From the NCBI RefSeq assembly GCF_013004595.1, contig NZ_JABEMC010000002.1, positions 248,001 to 312,000 of the forward strand: a DNA stretch of 64,000 bases. The letters are read 5' to 3'. The translations under genes were made by a program, and so were the position numbers. Origin of the DNA: Brevibacterium luteolum (lineage in GTDB: Bacteria > Actinomycetota > Actinomycetes > Actinomycetales > Brevibacteriaceae). The notes beneath the pieces were generated by a model, which saw only the letters and a program-made list of their open reading frames with translations, was not told the origin of the DNA and made no database searches. Below, in pieces: positions 9,540-19,429 of this stretch; the stretch's first letter is position 1, and every line of letters begins with the position of its first letter.

Positions 9540-10022
9540 TCACATCCGCAGCCACGTCTGCGCGGCATCCGAAAGCACCGCGCCGTCGCCGGCTGCCGCG
9601 TCCGCCCAGTCAACCGGCTGGCCATCGGCTGCGATGACGCCGTCTTTGAGCACGACGACGTCGAAGTTGCACGCCAGCCCGGCCATCGCGGTGTGATAGA
9701 CCGACCGGTCGACATCGATCCCTCCGATGATGAGCCGGTCGATCGCCAGGTCATGCAGCCCGGCTGCCAGGTCGTCGATGCCGTCGAAGGCATCGGCGAC
9801 CTCTGAACTGAGCGCCAGATCATCCTCGGTCTGCCCGAGGCCACCGGCCGGGGAGTCTGCATCCGCACCCGAACCGGCCCCCGCCTCGGGCGCGGGAGCA
9901 CGCAGATAAGCGACCACGCCGTCAGCCACACGTGCCCGGTTGAGAACTTCGGTAAGCTGTGCAGAGATCTCAGACAGGGCGTCGCCGCTGCCGGCGGTGT
10001 TCATGAGCATGAGTGCGTCCAT
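9540..10022 (-). CDS. isochorismatase/nicotinamidase-like protein (cysteine-hydrolase fold, degenerate)
   Basis: DAFDG..L...LHDLAIDRLIIGGIDVDRSVYHTA..G..F.VVVLKD resembles the PncA C-terminal half; TATGCT-N7-ATG. Confidence 0.65.
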   Translation of the reverse strand: MDALMLMNTAGSGDALSEISAQLTEVLNRARVADGVVAYLRAPAPEAGAGSGADADSPAGGLGQTEDDLALSSEVADAFDGIDDLAAGLHDLAIDRLIIGGIDVDRSVYHTAMAGLACNFDVVVLKDGVIAADGQPVDWADAAAGDGAVLSDAAQTWLRM

Positions 10023-10065
10023 GGCTTCAAGCATAGTCACCGCGCACGCACACCAAGGAGGGACG

Positions 10066-11265
10066 ATGGCCGATCTGCGCTACACCTACCGGTTCGCCTC
10101 CGAACATCTGGGACACCGGCGCGACGACAATTTCGTCCTCTACTCCGATCACGTCGAGGTCGCCTCGATGACCTCGATCCGCGAGGCCGCCCGGGCATTG
10201 GCCGCGGCCGAGGAATCCGATGAGGAGCGGCCGTTCCTGTGGATCGACATGTACCGGCCGACCCATGAGGACCTCACCGAGCTGGCCGAGGCGTTCTCCC
10301 TGCACCCGCTGGCCATCGAGGACGCGATCGAAGCCCATCAGCGGCCGAAGTACGAACGCTACGGCTCCACCGAATTCGTCGTGCTGCGCCCGGCGGTCAT
10401 CCGCCGCAACCGGCCGCAGGCCCCGGCCGGGCTGACCGATGCGCAGACCGGTGCCGCAGCCGGGGGTGCCAGGGATACAGGCGGTGCCGACGGTTCCGGT
10501 GCCAGCGAGCCGGCGGAGGCCCAGTCGGTCGACATCAAGGTCGGTGAGATCCACATCTTCCTCGGCGCCCGGTTCATCATCGTCATCCGGCACGGCACGC
10601 TGCTCGATACGCAGAACGTCCGCGAGGTCTTCGAATCCGACACCCGGTTCTCCGGGTTCCCGCAGTTCTCGGCGCTCTACCGCGTCATGGACCGCATCGT
10701 CGACAACTACCTGCCGGTCGTGGCGATCCTCGAAGACCAGACCGATGACCTCGAAGAGCGGATCTTCACCGGCACCCCGGCGCAGTCGCAGGACATCTAC
10801 CACCTCTCCCGCGAGCTCATCGAGCTCGACCGGGCGGTCAAACCGCTCGAAGGGGTCATCGACACGCTATTCGACTCGCTTGTCGTGCACACCGTGCCGG
10901 CCGAACTGCAGCGCGGCCTGCGCGACGTCGCTGACCACATCCACAGCGTCAACGAGCGCGTCGAACGGCTGCGCAGCGTCCTGCGCGAGCTGTTCACCTT
11001 CAACTCCACGCTCATCTCCGAGGCGCAGAACGAGGACATGCGGCGAATGAACGAACTGTCGATCCAGCAGAACGAGCAGATGAAGAAGATCTCCGGCTGG
11101 GCCGGCATCCTCTTCTTCCCGTCACTGGTCGCCGGCACCTACGGCATGAACTTCGACACGATGCCCGAACTGCACTGGATCTTCGGCTATCCGTTCGCGC
11201 TCGGGCTCATGGTCGCCGGCTCCGGGTTCCTGTTCTGGCTGTTCAAGCGGGCCGGGTGGCTCTGA
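10066..11265 (+). CDS. corA: CorA family Mg2+/Co2+ transporter
   Basis: LHPLAIEDA..AHQRPK, YGMNF, MPELHW; RBS AGGAGG. Confidence 0.93.
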   Translation: MADLRYTYRFASEHLGHRRDDNFVLYSDHVEVASMTSIREAARALAAAEESDEERPFLWIDMYRPTHEDLTELAEAFSLHPLAIEDAIEAHQRPKYERYGSTEFVVLRPAVIRRNRPQAPAGLTDAQTGAAAGGARDTGGADGSGASEPAEAQSVDIKVGEIHIFLGARFIIVIRHGTLLDTQNVREVFESDTRFSGFPQFSALYRVMDRIVDNYLPVVAILEDQTDDLEERIFTGTPAQSQDIYHLSRELIELDRAVKPLEGVIDTLFDSLVVHTVPAELQRGLRDVADHIHSVNERVERLRSVLRELFTFNSTLISEAQNEDMRRMNELSIQQNEQMKKISGWAGILFFPSLVAGTYGMNFDTMPELHWIFGYPFALGLMVAGSGFLFWLFKRAGWL

Positions 11266-11326
11266 GAGACCCTGGCCGCAGAATTGCTGAAAGGCCCGCC
11301 ACCGGCCGCATGCGAGAATTCCACAC

Positions 11327-12286
11327 GTGACCCGATCCCCCTGGTTTCAGCTCATCGCCTCCTACAGCGCAGCCGACCTGCCGCTGTGCCGGCGCTTCGA
11401 GATGGACGCCGCCACCCTCATCGAGATCTCCGGTGCCGACCGCCTCGGCGACCTCACCCCAGCCAACGCGATCGAGGTCCCGCAGCTGTCCGAGATCTCC
11501 GCCAGCACGCTGACCGCCGAGGCGATCGCCGCTGACGACCCGCTGGCCACCACGCTGGCCGCTGCCCTGCGGCAGGCACTGCAGCGCCGCCAGCTGCTGT
11601 GGCTGGCTTCGATCGACGCCGGGCAGGTCGCCCGGCTGCAGGAGGCCTTCGGGGCGAACGTCCTCCATGTCGCTGGGGCCGGTGACAACGGGTGCGTGCC
11701 GGTCGCCCTCAACCCCGAGAACTGGGTGCGCACATGGGCGGACGGCTCACCTGCCCAGCAGGCGTTCGTCCGGGCTGCCGGCACCGGCACCGATGCGCTG
11801 ACCCTGACCCGCCGCAGCCTGGCGGCATTGCGCCGCACCGCCGCCCCGATCATCGAACGGTCCTGGCCGCGCCGGTTCTTCCGCAGCCCGAAGGTCATCG
11901 CCTATTTCGTGGTGCTGGTGTACTCAGCGCTGCGGGCGCTGCCGGTGTCGTTCGTCTCCCAGTTCAAGGGTCAGCTGTGGGTGCTGTGGACGATCGACCT
12001 CGTCACCGCGATCCCGTACACGTGGGGTGTCATCGCGATGGTCGCCGGGCGGCAGCGGATCACCCGGCTGCTCGGCACGATCGTCGCCATCATCACCTTC
12101 ACCGCCCCGTACGTGTACTTCTGGCTCAAGGGCGATCAGTACCCGCTCTACGTCATCCTCATCGTCGCAGGCCTCATCGTCTTCACCTGCCTGCTCGAGG
12201 CCTCCCGCTGGCAGCGTAACCGGATCGTCAAATGGCGACTCGGCGGCCGCGCGCCGACGCGGAAGGGCCTCTCCGAACGGTTCTAG
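11327..12286 (+). CDS. hypothetical protein, soluble N-domain plus C-terminal ~4-TM domain
   Basis: 319-aa ORF with genome-typical codons; hydrophobic C-terminus. Confidence 0.7.
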   Translation: MTRSPWFQLIASYSAADLPLCRRFEMDAATLIEISGADRLGDLTPANAIEVPQLSEISASTLTAEAIAADDPLATTLAAALRQALQRRQLLWLASIDAGQVARLQEAFGANVLHVAGAGDNGCVPVALNPENWVRTWADGSPAQQAFVRAAGTGTDALTLTRRSLAALRRTAAPIIERSWPRRFFRSPKVIAYFVVLVYSALRALPVSFVSQFKGQLWVLWTIDLVTAIPYTWGVIAMVAGRQRITRLLGTIVAIITFTAPYVYFWLKGDQYPLYVILIVAGLIVFTCLLEASRWQRNRIVKWRLGGRAPTRKGLSERF

Positions 12287-13075
12287 CTACTCGACGGCCT
12301 CGGCGGTGCTGCGGGCGCTGCGGCCGCGGATATCGCGCAGGATGCAGGTGGCGGCGAACCAGCCGCCGGAGAGCCAGAACGCTGCGAGCAGCCACACCGG
12401 GCGCGCAGGGTAGATCGCGACCATCCAGGCGGTCGCCCCCATCCACACGAGCACCGAGATGATGTTGAGCGCCATGAACCGTTCGACCCGGAACGGGTGC
12501 GTGTAATGCGTCGGCACGAGGGTGAGCACGACGAACACGAGCACCGCGGCGATGGTGAGCGATGCCGGCAGGGCCAGCACATAGAGCATCACCGCGATGA
12601 CGTTCCAGGCTGCCGGGAAGCCGATGAAGTAGTAGTCGGTCGACTTCCAGTTCTCATTGGCGTAGCAGAACATCGAGGACACGAGGATGAGCACCGCCAG
12701 CCCGATCGCCACCGGCTTGGGACCCAGCGGCAGGTGCATGAGCATGAACAGCACCGGGATGAACGTCCACGTCAGGTAGTCGACGACGATGTCGACGACG
12801 GTACCGTCGAACCACGGGGCGATCTCCTTGACGCGGGCTTTGCGAGCGAGGAACCCGTCGACACCGTCGATGAGCGCGGCGATGCCCAGCCACAGCCACA
12901 TCCAGCCGATATGCCCGTCGAGCAGGGCGAGCATCGCCAGCAGCGCCCACAGGAACCCGGAGAGGGTGAACAGGTGCACCGCCCACGCGCCGGCGTATGC
13001 GCGCCGGCGGTGGGTCGTGCGCTGGGGTTCGGGAGCGGGGCTGGTCGTCATGGCAGTCTGCGGTCCGGCGCTCAT
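12287..13075 (-). CDS. pcs: CDP-alcohol phosphatidyltransferase, phosphatidylcholine synthase (Pcs)-like
   Basis: DGVDGFLARKARVKEIAPWFDGTVVDIVVDY, FIGFPAAWN, YTHPFRV. Confidence 0.8.
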   Translation of the reverse strand: MSAGPQTAMTTSPAPEPQRTTHRRRAYAGAWAVHLFTLSGFLWALLAMLALLDGHIGWMWLWLGIAALIDGVDGFLARKARVKEIAPWFDGTVVDIVVDYLTWTFIPVLFMLMHLPLGPKPVAIGLAVLILVSSMFCYANENWKSTDYYFIGFPAAWNVIAVMLYVLALPASLTIAAVLVFVVLTLVPTHYTHPFRVERFMALNIISVLVWMGATAWMVAIYPARPVWLLAAFWLSGGWFAATCILRDIRGRSARSTAEAVE

Positions 13076-15147
13076 GCGCCGGTCACGTGCTGGTCGAGGA
13101 AGGCGATGAACTCCCGGTACCACTGGCGGGCGTTGCCGCGTCCGAGGATCCAGTGGTTCTCATTCGGGTAGTACAGGAACCGGTGCTGGGTCTGGCCGTT
13201 GGCATCGAGCGGGGTCTTGGAGAAGGTCAGCAGGTCGAACCACAGCTGCTGGCCCTGCCCGATCGGCACCCGGTAGTCCTTGTCGCCGTGGATGACGAGC
13301 ACCGGCACCTCGATGTCGCGCACATACAGGTGCGGCGAGTACGTCTGCGCCTGCTCGGCCATCGCCAGCGCCCATGAGCCGTTGTCGGTCGTCGCACCCA
13401 TCGTGGTGACGTCCCACAGGGAGGCGTGGGTGACGATGCAGCGGAACCGGTCTGCGGTGTGACCGGCGACCCAGTTGGCGAGATACCCGCCGTAGGAGCC
13501 GCCGGCGAGCGCCTGCCGGGTCTCGTCGATGTCGTCGCGGGCGATCGTCGCGTCGGTCAGTGCCATGACGTCGTCGAAGGGGGCGCCGCCGAGCTCCTGC
13601 TGGCCGCGGTCGATGAAGGCCTGCCCGTATCCGGTCGAGATCGCCGGGTCCGGCATGAGCACCGCATAGCCGGCTGCGACGAAGGGCCACGGGTTCCAGC
13701 GGTAGGTCCAGGAGTTCCAGGACCCCCACGGCCCGCCGTGGACGAACACGGCCAGCGGGTAGGGTGCGCTGGCCCCCGTTCCCGAGGCAGTGGTTGCCGT
13801 TCCCGAGGCGGTGGCTGGCAGGGCGAGCCAGGCGCGGATCTCGGTGCCGTCGGCGGCGGTCGTGGTGACCTCTTCGAGCCGGCCGGCAGGTTTCAGGTCA
13901 TCGGCAGCGTTGGTGCGCACCGCGACGTCGCCGGTCGCGGTGTCGATAGACACGAGATGCGGGGCTTCGGCGACCGAGGAGCGGATCGCGAGCACCCCCT
14001 CGGGCGTGGTGACGAGATTGCTGTAGTGGTACGGCTGATCGTCCCCGCCTGCCAGCAGGCGAGGTTCGGCGTCATCGAGTCCGCCGATCCACACGGCTCC
14101 GCGGCCGCGGTAGTCCGAGGTCGCCAGCAGTGTGGTGTCATCGAGCCAGGTGATGGAGTACCACTGGTCGCCCTCAGGCCACAGCCGGCGGGTGGTGCCG
14201 GTGGCGAGTTCGACGAGCAGCGGCCGCATCTGCAGGTTCGACTCCGGGGTCCACGCGGACTCTTCGCTCACCACGACGAACCGGTTATCGGGGCTGAGCG
14301 CTTCTGCGGTGTAGTCGGTCGGGTGTGCTGAGCGCAGCAGCACGCTGGTCTCACCGGAGGCGATGTCGACGAGCCAGATGTCGGTGACATCGGTCGTCTT
14401 GGCCTCCAGATGCCGCACGTCGAGAATGGCACGCCTGCCGTCGGCGGCCAGTTCGACCCCGGTGATCCGGCCAGCGGGCACCGGTCCGTGCCGGAAGGAA
14501 AGCGTCCCGTCATCGGCGATGTCGCCGAGGTCGGCGATGAGCAGGCCGTCGCGGTCGGGTCCGAGGTCGGTGTCCCAGCGGCGGATGGGGAAGGAGTCGT
14601 GCAGGATGCCGGTGATCTTGTGGGCCTTGCGCTTGCCGTACAGCTCGGCGTGGGTCTTCTCATCCTCAGCGCCGGGGACGATCGGGCCGGTAGCCAGCAC
14701 GGTTGCACCGCGCACGGCCACGGAGGAGAAGCCGCCGGGGCGGGTGGCCATCTGGATGGCCTCGCCGCGGGCAGGCAGCTTCCACAGGCTGGCGTCTTCG
14801 GCTGCGTCGTCGGCGGTGTTGGCGCGCTTGGCGATGAACCACACATTGCCGTCATCGTCGACGCTGGCGGCTCCGGCTGAGGCGAGCGGCGATGTCAGCC
14901 GCACAGGCGCCTCGTCGACGGAGTAGAGGGCGGTGAGGTAGTCACCGGCGGCCGGATCGCCAGCCGCGTCGTCGCGGCCTGCGGTCTCGTCGGTCTCCTC
15001 CGCCTCGGCGGCGGGAGCCTGCTGGACCGTCTGCACGAGGGCGACGGCACCGCCGGTGGGGTTGGCGGCCAGGCCGTTGAGGCGGTGGGCGTCGAGCAGC
15101 GCGTCGATGCTGATGCCCGGGGATGCGGGAGTGTCGGAAAGAGTCAT
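13072..15147 (-). CDS. S9 family prolyl oligopeptidase/acylaminoacyl peptidase
   Basis: VHGGP, GGSYGG, HGDKDYRVP, ENHW. Confidence 0.92.
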   Translation of the reverse strand: MTLSDTPASPGISIDALLDAHRLNGLAANPTGGAVALVQTVQQAPAAEAEETDETAGRDDAAGDPAAGDYLTALYSVDEAPVRLTSPLASAGAASVDDDGNVWFIAKRANTADDAAEDASLWKLPARGEAIQMATRPGGFSSVAVRGATVLATGPIVPGAEDEKTHAELYGKRKAHKITGILHDSFPIRRWDTDLGPDRDGLLIADLGDIADDGTLSFRHGPVPAGRITGVELAADGRRAILDVRHLEAKTTDVTDIWLVDIASGETSVLLRSAHPTDYTAEALSPDNRFVVVSEESAWTPESNLQMRPLLVELATGTTRRLWPEGDQWYSITWLDDTTLLATSDYRGRGAVWIGGLDDAEPRLLAGGDDQPYHYSNLVTTPEGVLAIRSSVAEAPHLVSIDTATGDVAVRTNAADDLKPAGRLEEVTTTAADGTEIRAWLALPATASGTATTASGTGASAPYPLAVFVHGGPWGSWNSWTYRWNPWPFVAAGYAVLMPDPAISTGYGQAFIDRGQQELGGAPFDDVMALTDATIARDDIDETRQALAGGSYGGYLANWVAGHTADRFRCIVTHASLWDVTTMGATTDNGSWALAMAEQAQTYSPHLYVRDIEVPVLVIHGDKDYRVPIGQGQQLWFDLLTFSKTPLDANGQTQHRFLYYPNENHWILGRGNARQWYREFIAFLDQHVTGA

Positions 15148-15256
15148 GGGCGAAACGCTACCAGCGTTGGCCGGGAGTGCGGTGGGGGGAAATGCTCAGA
15201 ATTCACATCGTGGCACACGCATATGCTCCCCTGATCGCGGCGGATACGCTGAGGTC

Positions 15257-16030
15257 ATGACGACCGCACATGTGCGTGAGCGCCTCGCCTCGGGCAAGAC
15301 AGCGCTGGGAACCTTCATCCTCGAATTCGCCACCCCGGGCATCGGGGCGATCTGCGCTCGGGCCGGAGCGGACTGGGTGCTCTACGATCTCGAGCACACC
15401 GGCTGGTCACTCGATGCGATCCGCCCGGCCCTCGCCGTGTCCCGCCGCGAAGACATCGCCTCCTTCGTCCGGGTCGCCGGGCACAGCCAGCATCTCGTCT
15501 CCACCGCGCTCGATGCCGGGGCCGAGGGGATCATGATGCCTTATGTCGACACGGCTGAGCAGGCCGCGGAGATCGCCGCGTGGATGCACTTCCCGCCGGC
15601 CGGCCGGCGCGGCAGCGCCTTCGGCATCGCCCACGACCTCTACTCCCCCGGCGCTCCGGCGGACAAGCAGGCGGCGGCGAATGAGTCGGTGATGTTTTTG
15701 CCGCAGATCGAGACCCCGGCTGCGGTCGAAGCTGCCGAGGAGATCGGCGCGGTCGAGGGTGTCGATGTGCTTTTCGTCGGCCCACTGGACTTGTCGACGA
15801 ACCTCGGCAGGCCCGGGGACTTCACGTCCTCTGCGTTCCTCTCCGCCCTCGACACGGTGGCACAGGCGGCGCAGGAGACCGGCACGGCCGCTGGGATCTT
15901 CTCCACCTCCGAGCAGCTGAGCGCCGCAGCATTGGAACGCGGTTATTCGGTCATCTCGCTCGCCGGCGACATCTTCACCTACCAGGCCGCGCTGGCGGCA
16001 GGGCTGACGGCGATCCGCGAACGGGACTGA
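15257..16030 (+). CDS. HpcH/HpaI aldolase family protein
   Basis: DLEH, LDAGAEG, PQIET, FVGPLDLS; TACGCT-N6-ATG. Confidence 0.88.
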   Translation: MTTAHVRERLASGKTALGTFILEFATPGIGAICARAGADWVLYDLEHTGWSLDAIRPALAVSRREDIASFVRVAGHSQHLVSTALDAGAEGIMMPYVDTAEQAAEIAAWMHFPPAGRRGSAFGIAHDLYSPGAPADKQAAANESVMFLPQIETPAAVEAAEEIGAVEGVDVLFVGPLDLSTNLGRPGDFTSSAFLSALDTVAQAAQETGTAAGIFSTSEQLSAAALERGYSVISLAGDIFTYQAALAAGLTAIRERD

Positions 16031-16069
16031 GGCTCAGGCCGAAGTTCAGACCCACATCCTCGAAGGCGG

Positions 16070-16798
16070 TTACTGCCAGTCGGGGATGATGAGCTGTTCA
16101 TGTTCGAGGAAGACGTGCTGGACGATCTTCTCAGCCGTCTCAACAGAGGCCGGATTCCCGTCACCTGCTGCGGTGTTGACGCTGACGGTCTCCATCCGGC
16201 CCTCAGCCTGATGCGAGGCGTGGACGGTGAACCCGTACCCTGATTCCGCGTCGGTGCCGATGAACTGGATCGCTGAGGCGCCGAGTTCGGACTTGTACGC
16301 CCAGCCGGCGCCGTTCTTGACCCGGATGTCGCGGTCGGCGAGCTTCTTGCCGTTGGTGTCGCCGTAGTCGAACTCGTATTCCTTCTTGAACTGCAGCTCC
16401 TCCTGCGGCGACTGCCGGAAACTCTCCTCGCAGGTGATGTGCATCGTCATCTGCTCATCGGGGGACCCGAAGGTGTAGAAGATGTACCTGCCGCGCTCAG
16501 AGCCCGGCACCGGTTTGGCATTCGGCGGCAGCGCGACCTCGAGCCGGGAGGCGCACTCGCCGGCGAAATCCGCCCGGTGCATCTTCCAGCCCTCGGGGAT
16601 CTGCGGGCCGGTCTCGGTCGGTTCGGGTGCGGGTCCCTGGGTCGGGGCGACGGCGATGCCCAGCGGCCCGCCGGGCTCATCGGAGGTGCGGATGCCCACC
16701 AGCCCGCAGCCGGAGAGCAGCACCGCCACTGCGCTCGCTGCGGCGAGCGCACGCAGGGGGCGGCGGTGCCGGGCCCGAGGTGTGCGGTGTGTTCTCAC
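16070..16798 (-). CDS. hypothetical lipoprotein
   Basis: GTG at 16798, basic N-terminus, lipobox LLSGC; directly downstream of the kinase. Confidence 0.7.
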   Translation of the reverse strand: MRTHRTPRARHRRPLRALAAASAVAVLLSGCGLVGIRTSDEPGGPLGIAVAPTQGPAPEPTETGPQIPEGWKMHRADFAGECASRLEVALPPNAKPVPGSERGRYIFYTFGSPDEQMTMHITCEESFRQSPQEELQFKKEYEFDYGDTNGKKLADRDIRVKNGAGWAYKSELGASAIQFIGTDAESGYGFTVHASHQAEGRMETVSVNTAAGDGNPASVETAEKIVQHVFLEHEQLIIPDWQ

Positions 16799-16829
16799 GG
16801 CGTCTCCAGTGTCGTGGGGCGAGCGGGTG

Positions 16830-18257
16830 TCAGTGGGCGGGCGGCTGCGGTGAGCCGGAGCCGTGCTGCTGCGGGCCTGAGCCGTACCGCGGCTGCGGGC
16901 CCGAGCCATGCTGCTGCGGGCCGGGACCGGTCTGCGGCTGCTGCCCGGTCTGCGGCTGCTGCGGGGCGTGGGTCTGCGGTGGCGGGGATCCGACCGGCTG
17001 GGATCCGACGGGCTGCTGCGCAGGCCGCGGCGGGGCGAACGGCGAGCGCTGTCGGCCGGGCTGCTGGGGCGGCATCCCCTGCTGTGGCGGCGGGCCGTAG
17101 GGACCTGGCTGGCTGCCGGGCATCGGCTGCTGCTGGCCGTTGTTGCCCAGCGTCTCACCGGTGGCGGTGTCGTGCCATTGGCCGTCGACCTTCTGCAGGC
17201 GGCGCTTCGATCCGCGGCGCGGGGTGCCGAGCATCCGGCCGAGTTCGGCCTCGGATGGGGCGCGGGGCGGGCGGAAGGACTGGTCGGCGCGGCCGGCCTT
17301 GTTGGCGTTGACCGGTTCGACCGGCCGGGAGCCGGCCACGGCTGCCGCACCGTCGTAGTCCTGCGGGGCGACCGGCTGCTGTGCTTCGCCGAGCACCGGC
17401 AGCACGAGGCGGACCGAGGTGCCCTGGCCCTCTTGGCTCAGCAGGGAGACCGAACCGCCGTGGCGGCTGATGATCGAGCGCACGAGCGAGAGCCCCATGC
17501 CGGAGCCGGCGACGGCGCGGACCTGTTGGCCGCGGCTGAGCTCGTCCCAGACGGTGGCCTGTTCGGCTGCGGGGATGCCCATGCCGGTGTCGGCGACTTC
17601 GATGACGATCCAGCGGTGCTGGTTGATGACCTGCTCATTGGCGCGCAGCTCGATGACGTCGGTGTCGGTGGAGTATTTGATGGCGTTGCCGAGCAGGTTC
17701 ATGATCGCTGACATCAGCAGGTCCTCTTCACCAGCCACATCGGGCAGCCGCCAGGGGGCGCGGGCGACGGTGGCGATGATCATCCGGTCCTCGGCACCGG
17801 GTGCGGTGCGGGCGTCTTCGACGGCCTGGTGGATGAGCTGATCCATATTCACCCGCTGGTAGTGGATCTCGCGGGATTCGATGTCGGCGAGCTTGCGCAG
17901 ATCGGCCAGCAGGCGGGCCACACGGCGGGAGGAGGTGTCGATCTGCCGGGCGACCGGTTCGATCTCACTGGATGAGGCAACCGGTTCGGTGACGAGTTCG
18001 CGGATCGTCGCCGCCGAGGTGCGCAGTGCCGTCAGCGGGTTCTTCAGTTCGTGGTCGAGGCGGATGAGCATCCGGTTGCGGTTGGCCAGTGCTTCGTGTT
18101 CGGCCCGAGCCCGCTCCTCAGCCCGCAGGGCGGCTTCGCGTTTGCGCAGCAGGTGGCGCAGGTAGAAGAACGCGCCTGCGAGCAGGCCGAGGAGGAGCAG
18201 CACCAGGATGAGCAGCAGCCAGATGCGGATCTCTAAGATGAGGAACTGGTTCATCAC
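16830..18257 (-). CDS. sensor histidine kinase, single TM, Q/P/G-rich C-terminal tail
   Basis: DHELKNPL H-box, NLLGNAIKY, DTGMGI, GSGMGL. Confidence 0.9.
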   Translation of the reverse strand: MMNQFLILEIRIWLLLILVLLLLGLLAGAFFYLRHLLRKREAALRAEERARAEHEALANRNRMLIRLDHELKNPLTALRTSAATIRELVTEPVASSSEIEPVARQIDTSSRRVARLLADLRKLADIESREIHYQRVNMDQLIHQAVEDARTAPGAEDRMIIATVARAPWRLPDVAGEEDLLMSAIMNLLGNAIKYSTDTDVIELRANEQVINQHRWIVIEVADTGMGIPAAEQATVWDELSRGQQVRAVAGSGMGLSLVRSIISRHGGSVSLLSQEGQGTSVRLVLPVLGEAQQPVAPQDYDGAAAVAGSRPVEPVNANKAGRADQSFRPPRAPSEAELGRMLGTPRRGSKRRLQKVDGQWHDTATGETLGNNGQQQPMPGSQPGPYGPPPQQGMPPQQPGRQRSPFAPPRPAQQPVGSQPVGSPPPQTHAPQQPQTGQQPQTGPGPQQHGSGPQPRYGSGPQQHGSGSPQPPAH

Positions 18258-19003
18258 GGTCTCGCGTTCTCAGCGCCGGTGACCTCGGCGACGAACCGGT
18301 AACCGCGGCCCTGCACGGTACCGATCCAGCGCGGGTTCGAGGCGTCCTCGCCGAGGACGCGGCGCAGCTCGGCGACCCGGGAGTCGACCGCACGGGTGCC
18401 GACGGCGTCGTCGAAGCCCCACAGCACCTCGAGCAGGCGCTGGCGTTCGATGAGCTCGTCGCGGTGGACCATGAGGTATTCGAGCAGTGTCACGCCCTTG
18501 GGCGTGATGACGAGCTCGCGGTCGCCGAGCCACACGCGCCGCGAGGTGCGGTCCAAGCGCAGCCCGAAGGTCGACACGAGCACCGGGGCGGTGGCCAGCG
18601 GCGGGCCGTCGTGACGGGTGCGGCGCAGCACCGCGCGGATGCGGGCGACGAGTTCGTGCGGGTCGAAGGGCTTGTTCAGGTAGTCGTCAGCACCCTCTTC
18701 GAGTGCCATGGCGCGTTCGACGGCTTCGCCGACCTGGGTGAGCAGCAGCACCGGCACCCAGTTCTCCTCGCGGCGCAGGGTGCGCAGCACTTCGCGGCCG
18801 TCAGCGCCGGGCATGAGCACGTCGAGGACGCAGACGTCGGGTTTGTGCCGGCGGATCTCGTCAAGGGCCAGTTTGCCGTCGGGTGCGGTGATGACCCGCA
18901 GGCCGGAGCGTTCCAGGAACGGGGCGACGGCACCGAGCACATCGGGTTCGTCGTCGGCGAGGACGACAACAGGACGGTTGTCGACACCGGGCTGCGCAGT
19001 CAT
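18254..19003 (-). CDS. OmpR-family response regulator
   Basis: ADDE, LDVLMP, GADDYLNKPF, TVQGRGYRF. Confidence 0.93.
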   Translation of the reverse strand: MTAQPGVDNRPVVVLADDEPDVLGAVAPFLERSGLRVITAPDGKLALDEIRRHKPDVCVLDVLMPGADGREVLRTLRREENWVPVLLLTQVGEAVERAMALEEGADDYLNKPFDPHELVARIRAVLRRTRHDGPPLATAPVLVSTFGLRLDRTSRRVWLGDRELVITPKGVTLLEYLMVHRDELIERQRLLEVLWGFDDAVGTRAVDSRVAELRRVLGEDASNPRWIGTVQGRGYRFVAEVTGAENARP

Positions 19004-19045
19004 GGAGATCCTTCGCTTGGCTCAGATTTGCTGTTATCCCGAACT

Positions 19046-19429
19046 TTAGCCGTCTTGCCGGCGTTCGTGCTCGATTGCGTCGCGCTCCTCAGCCAGCGCC
19101 ACGGCATCGGAGAGCTCATCGCGATAGAGCATCGAGCGGCGCAGGTGCTTGGTGCGGTAGCCGGCGCGGCCGACCATGTGGGTGCCGACCGGGGTGGTGA
19201 CCATCTGCAGGGTGACGATGAGCAGCAGGGTGGTGATGACGCCCCAGTGGAACTGCTGGATGCTGATGGCGACCATCATCAGGATGAGCCCGAGGATCTG
19301 CGGCTTGGATCCTGCGTGCAGACGGCTCATGAGATCGGGGAAGCGCAGCAGCCCGATGGATGCGGCCAGCGACAGCGCTGCGCTGCCGATGAGGAGGGCT
19401 CCGGAGAGGATGTCAGCGATCATTCTCAT
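19046..19429 (-). CDS. mnhG: Na+/H+ antiporter subunit G
   Basis: GLLRFPD..SRLHAGSK, TPVGTHM. Confidence 0.9.
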   Translation of the reverse strand: MRMIADILSGALLIGSAALSLAASIGLLRFPDLMSRLHAGSKPQILGLILMMVAISIQQFHWGVITTLLLIVTLQMVTTPVGTHMVGRAGYRTKHLRRSMLYRDELSDAVALAEERDAIEHERRQDG

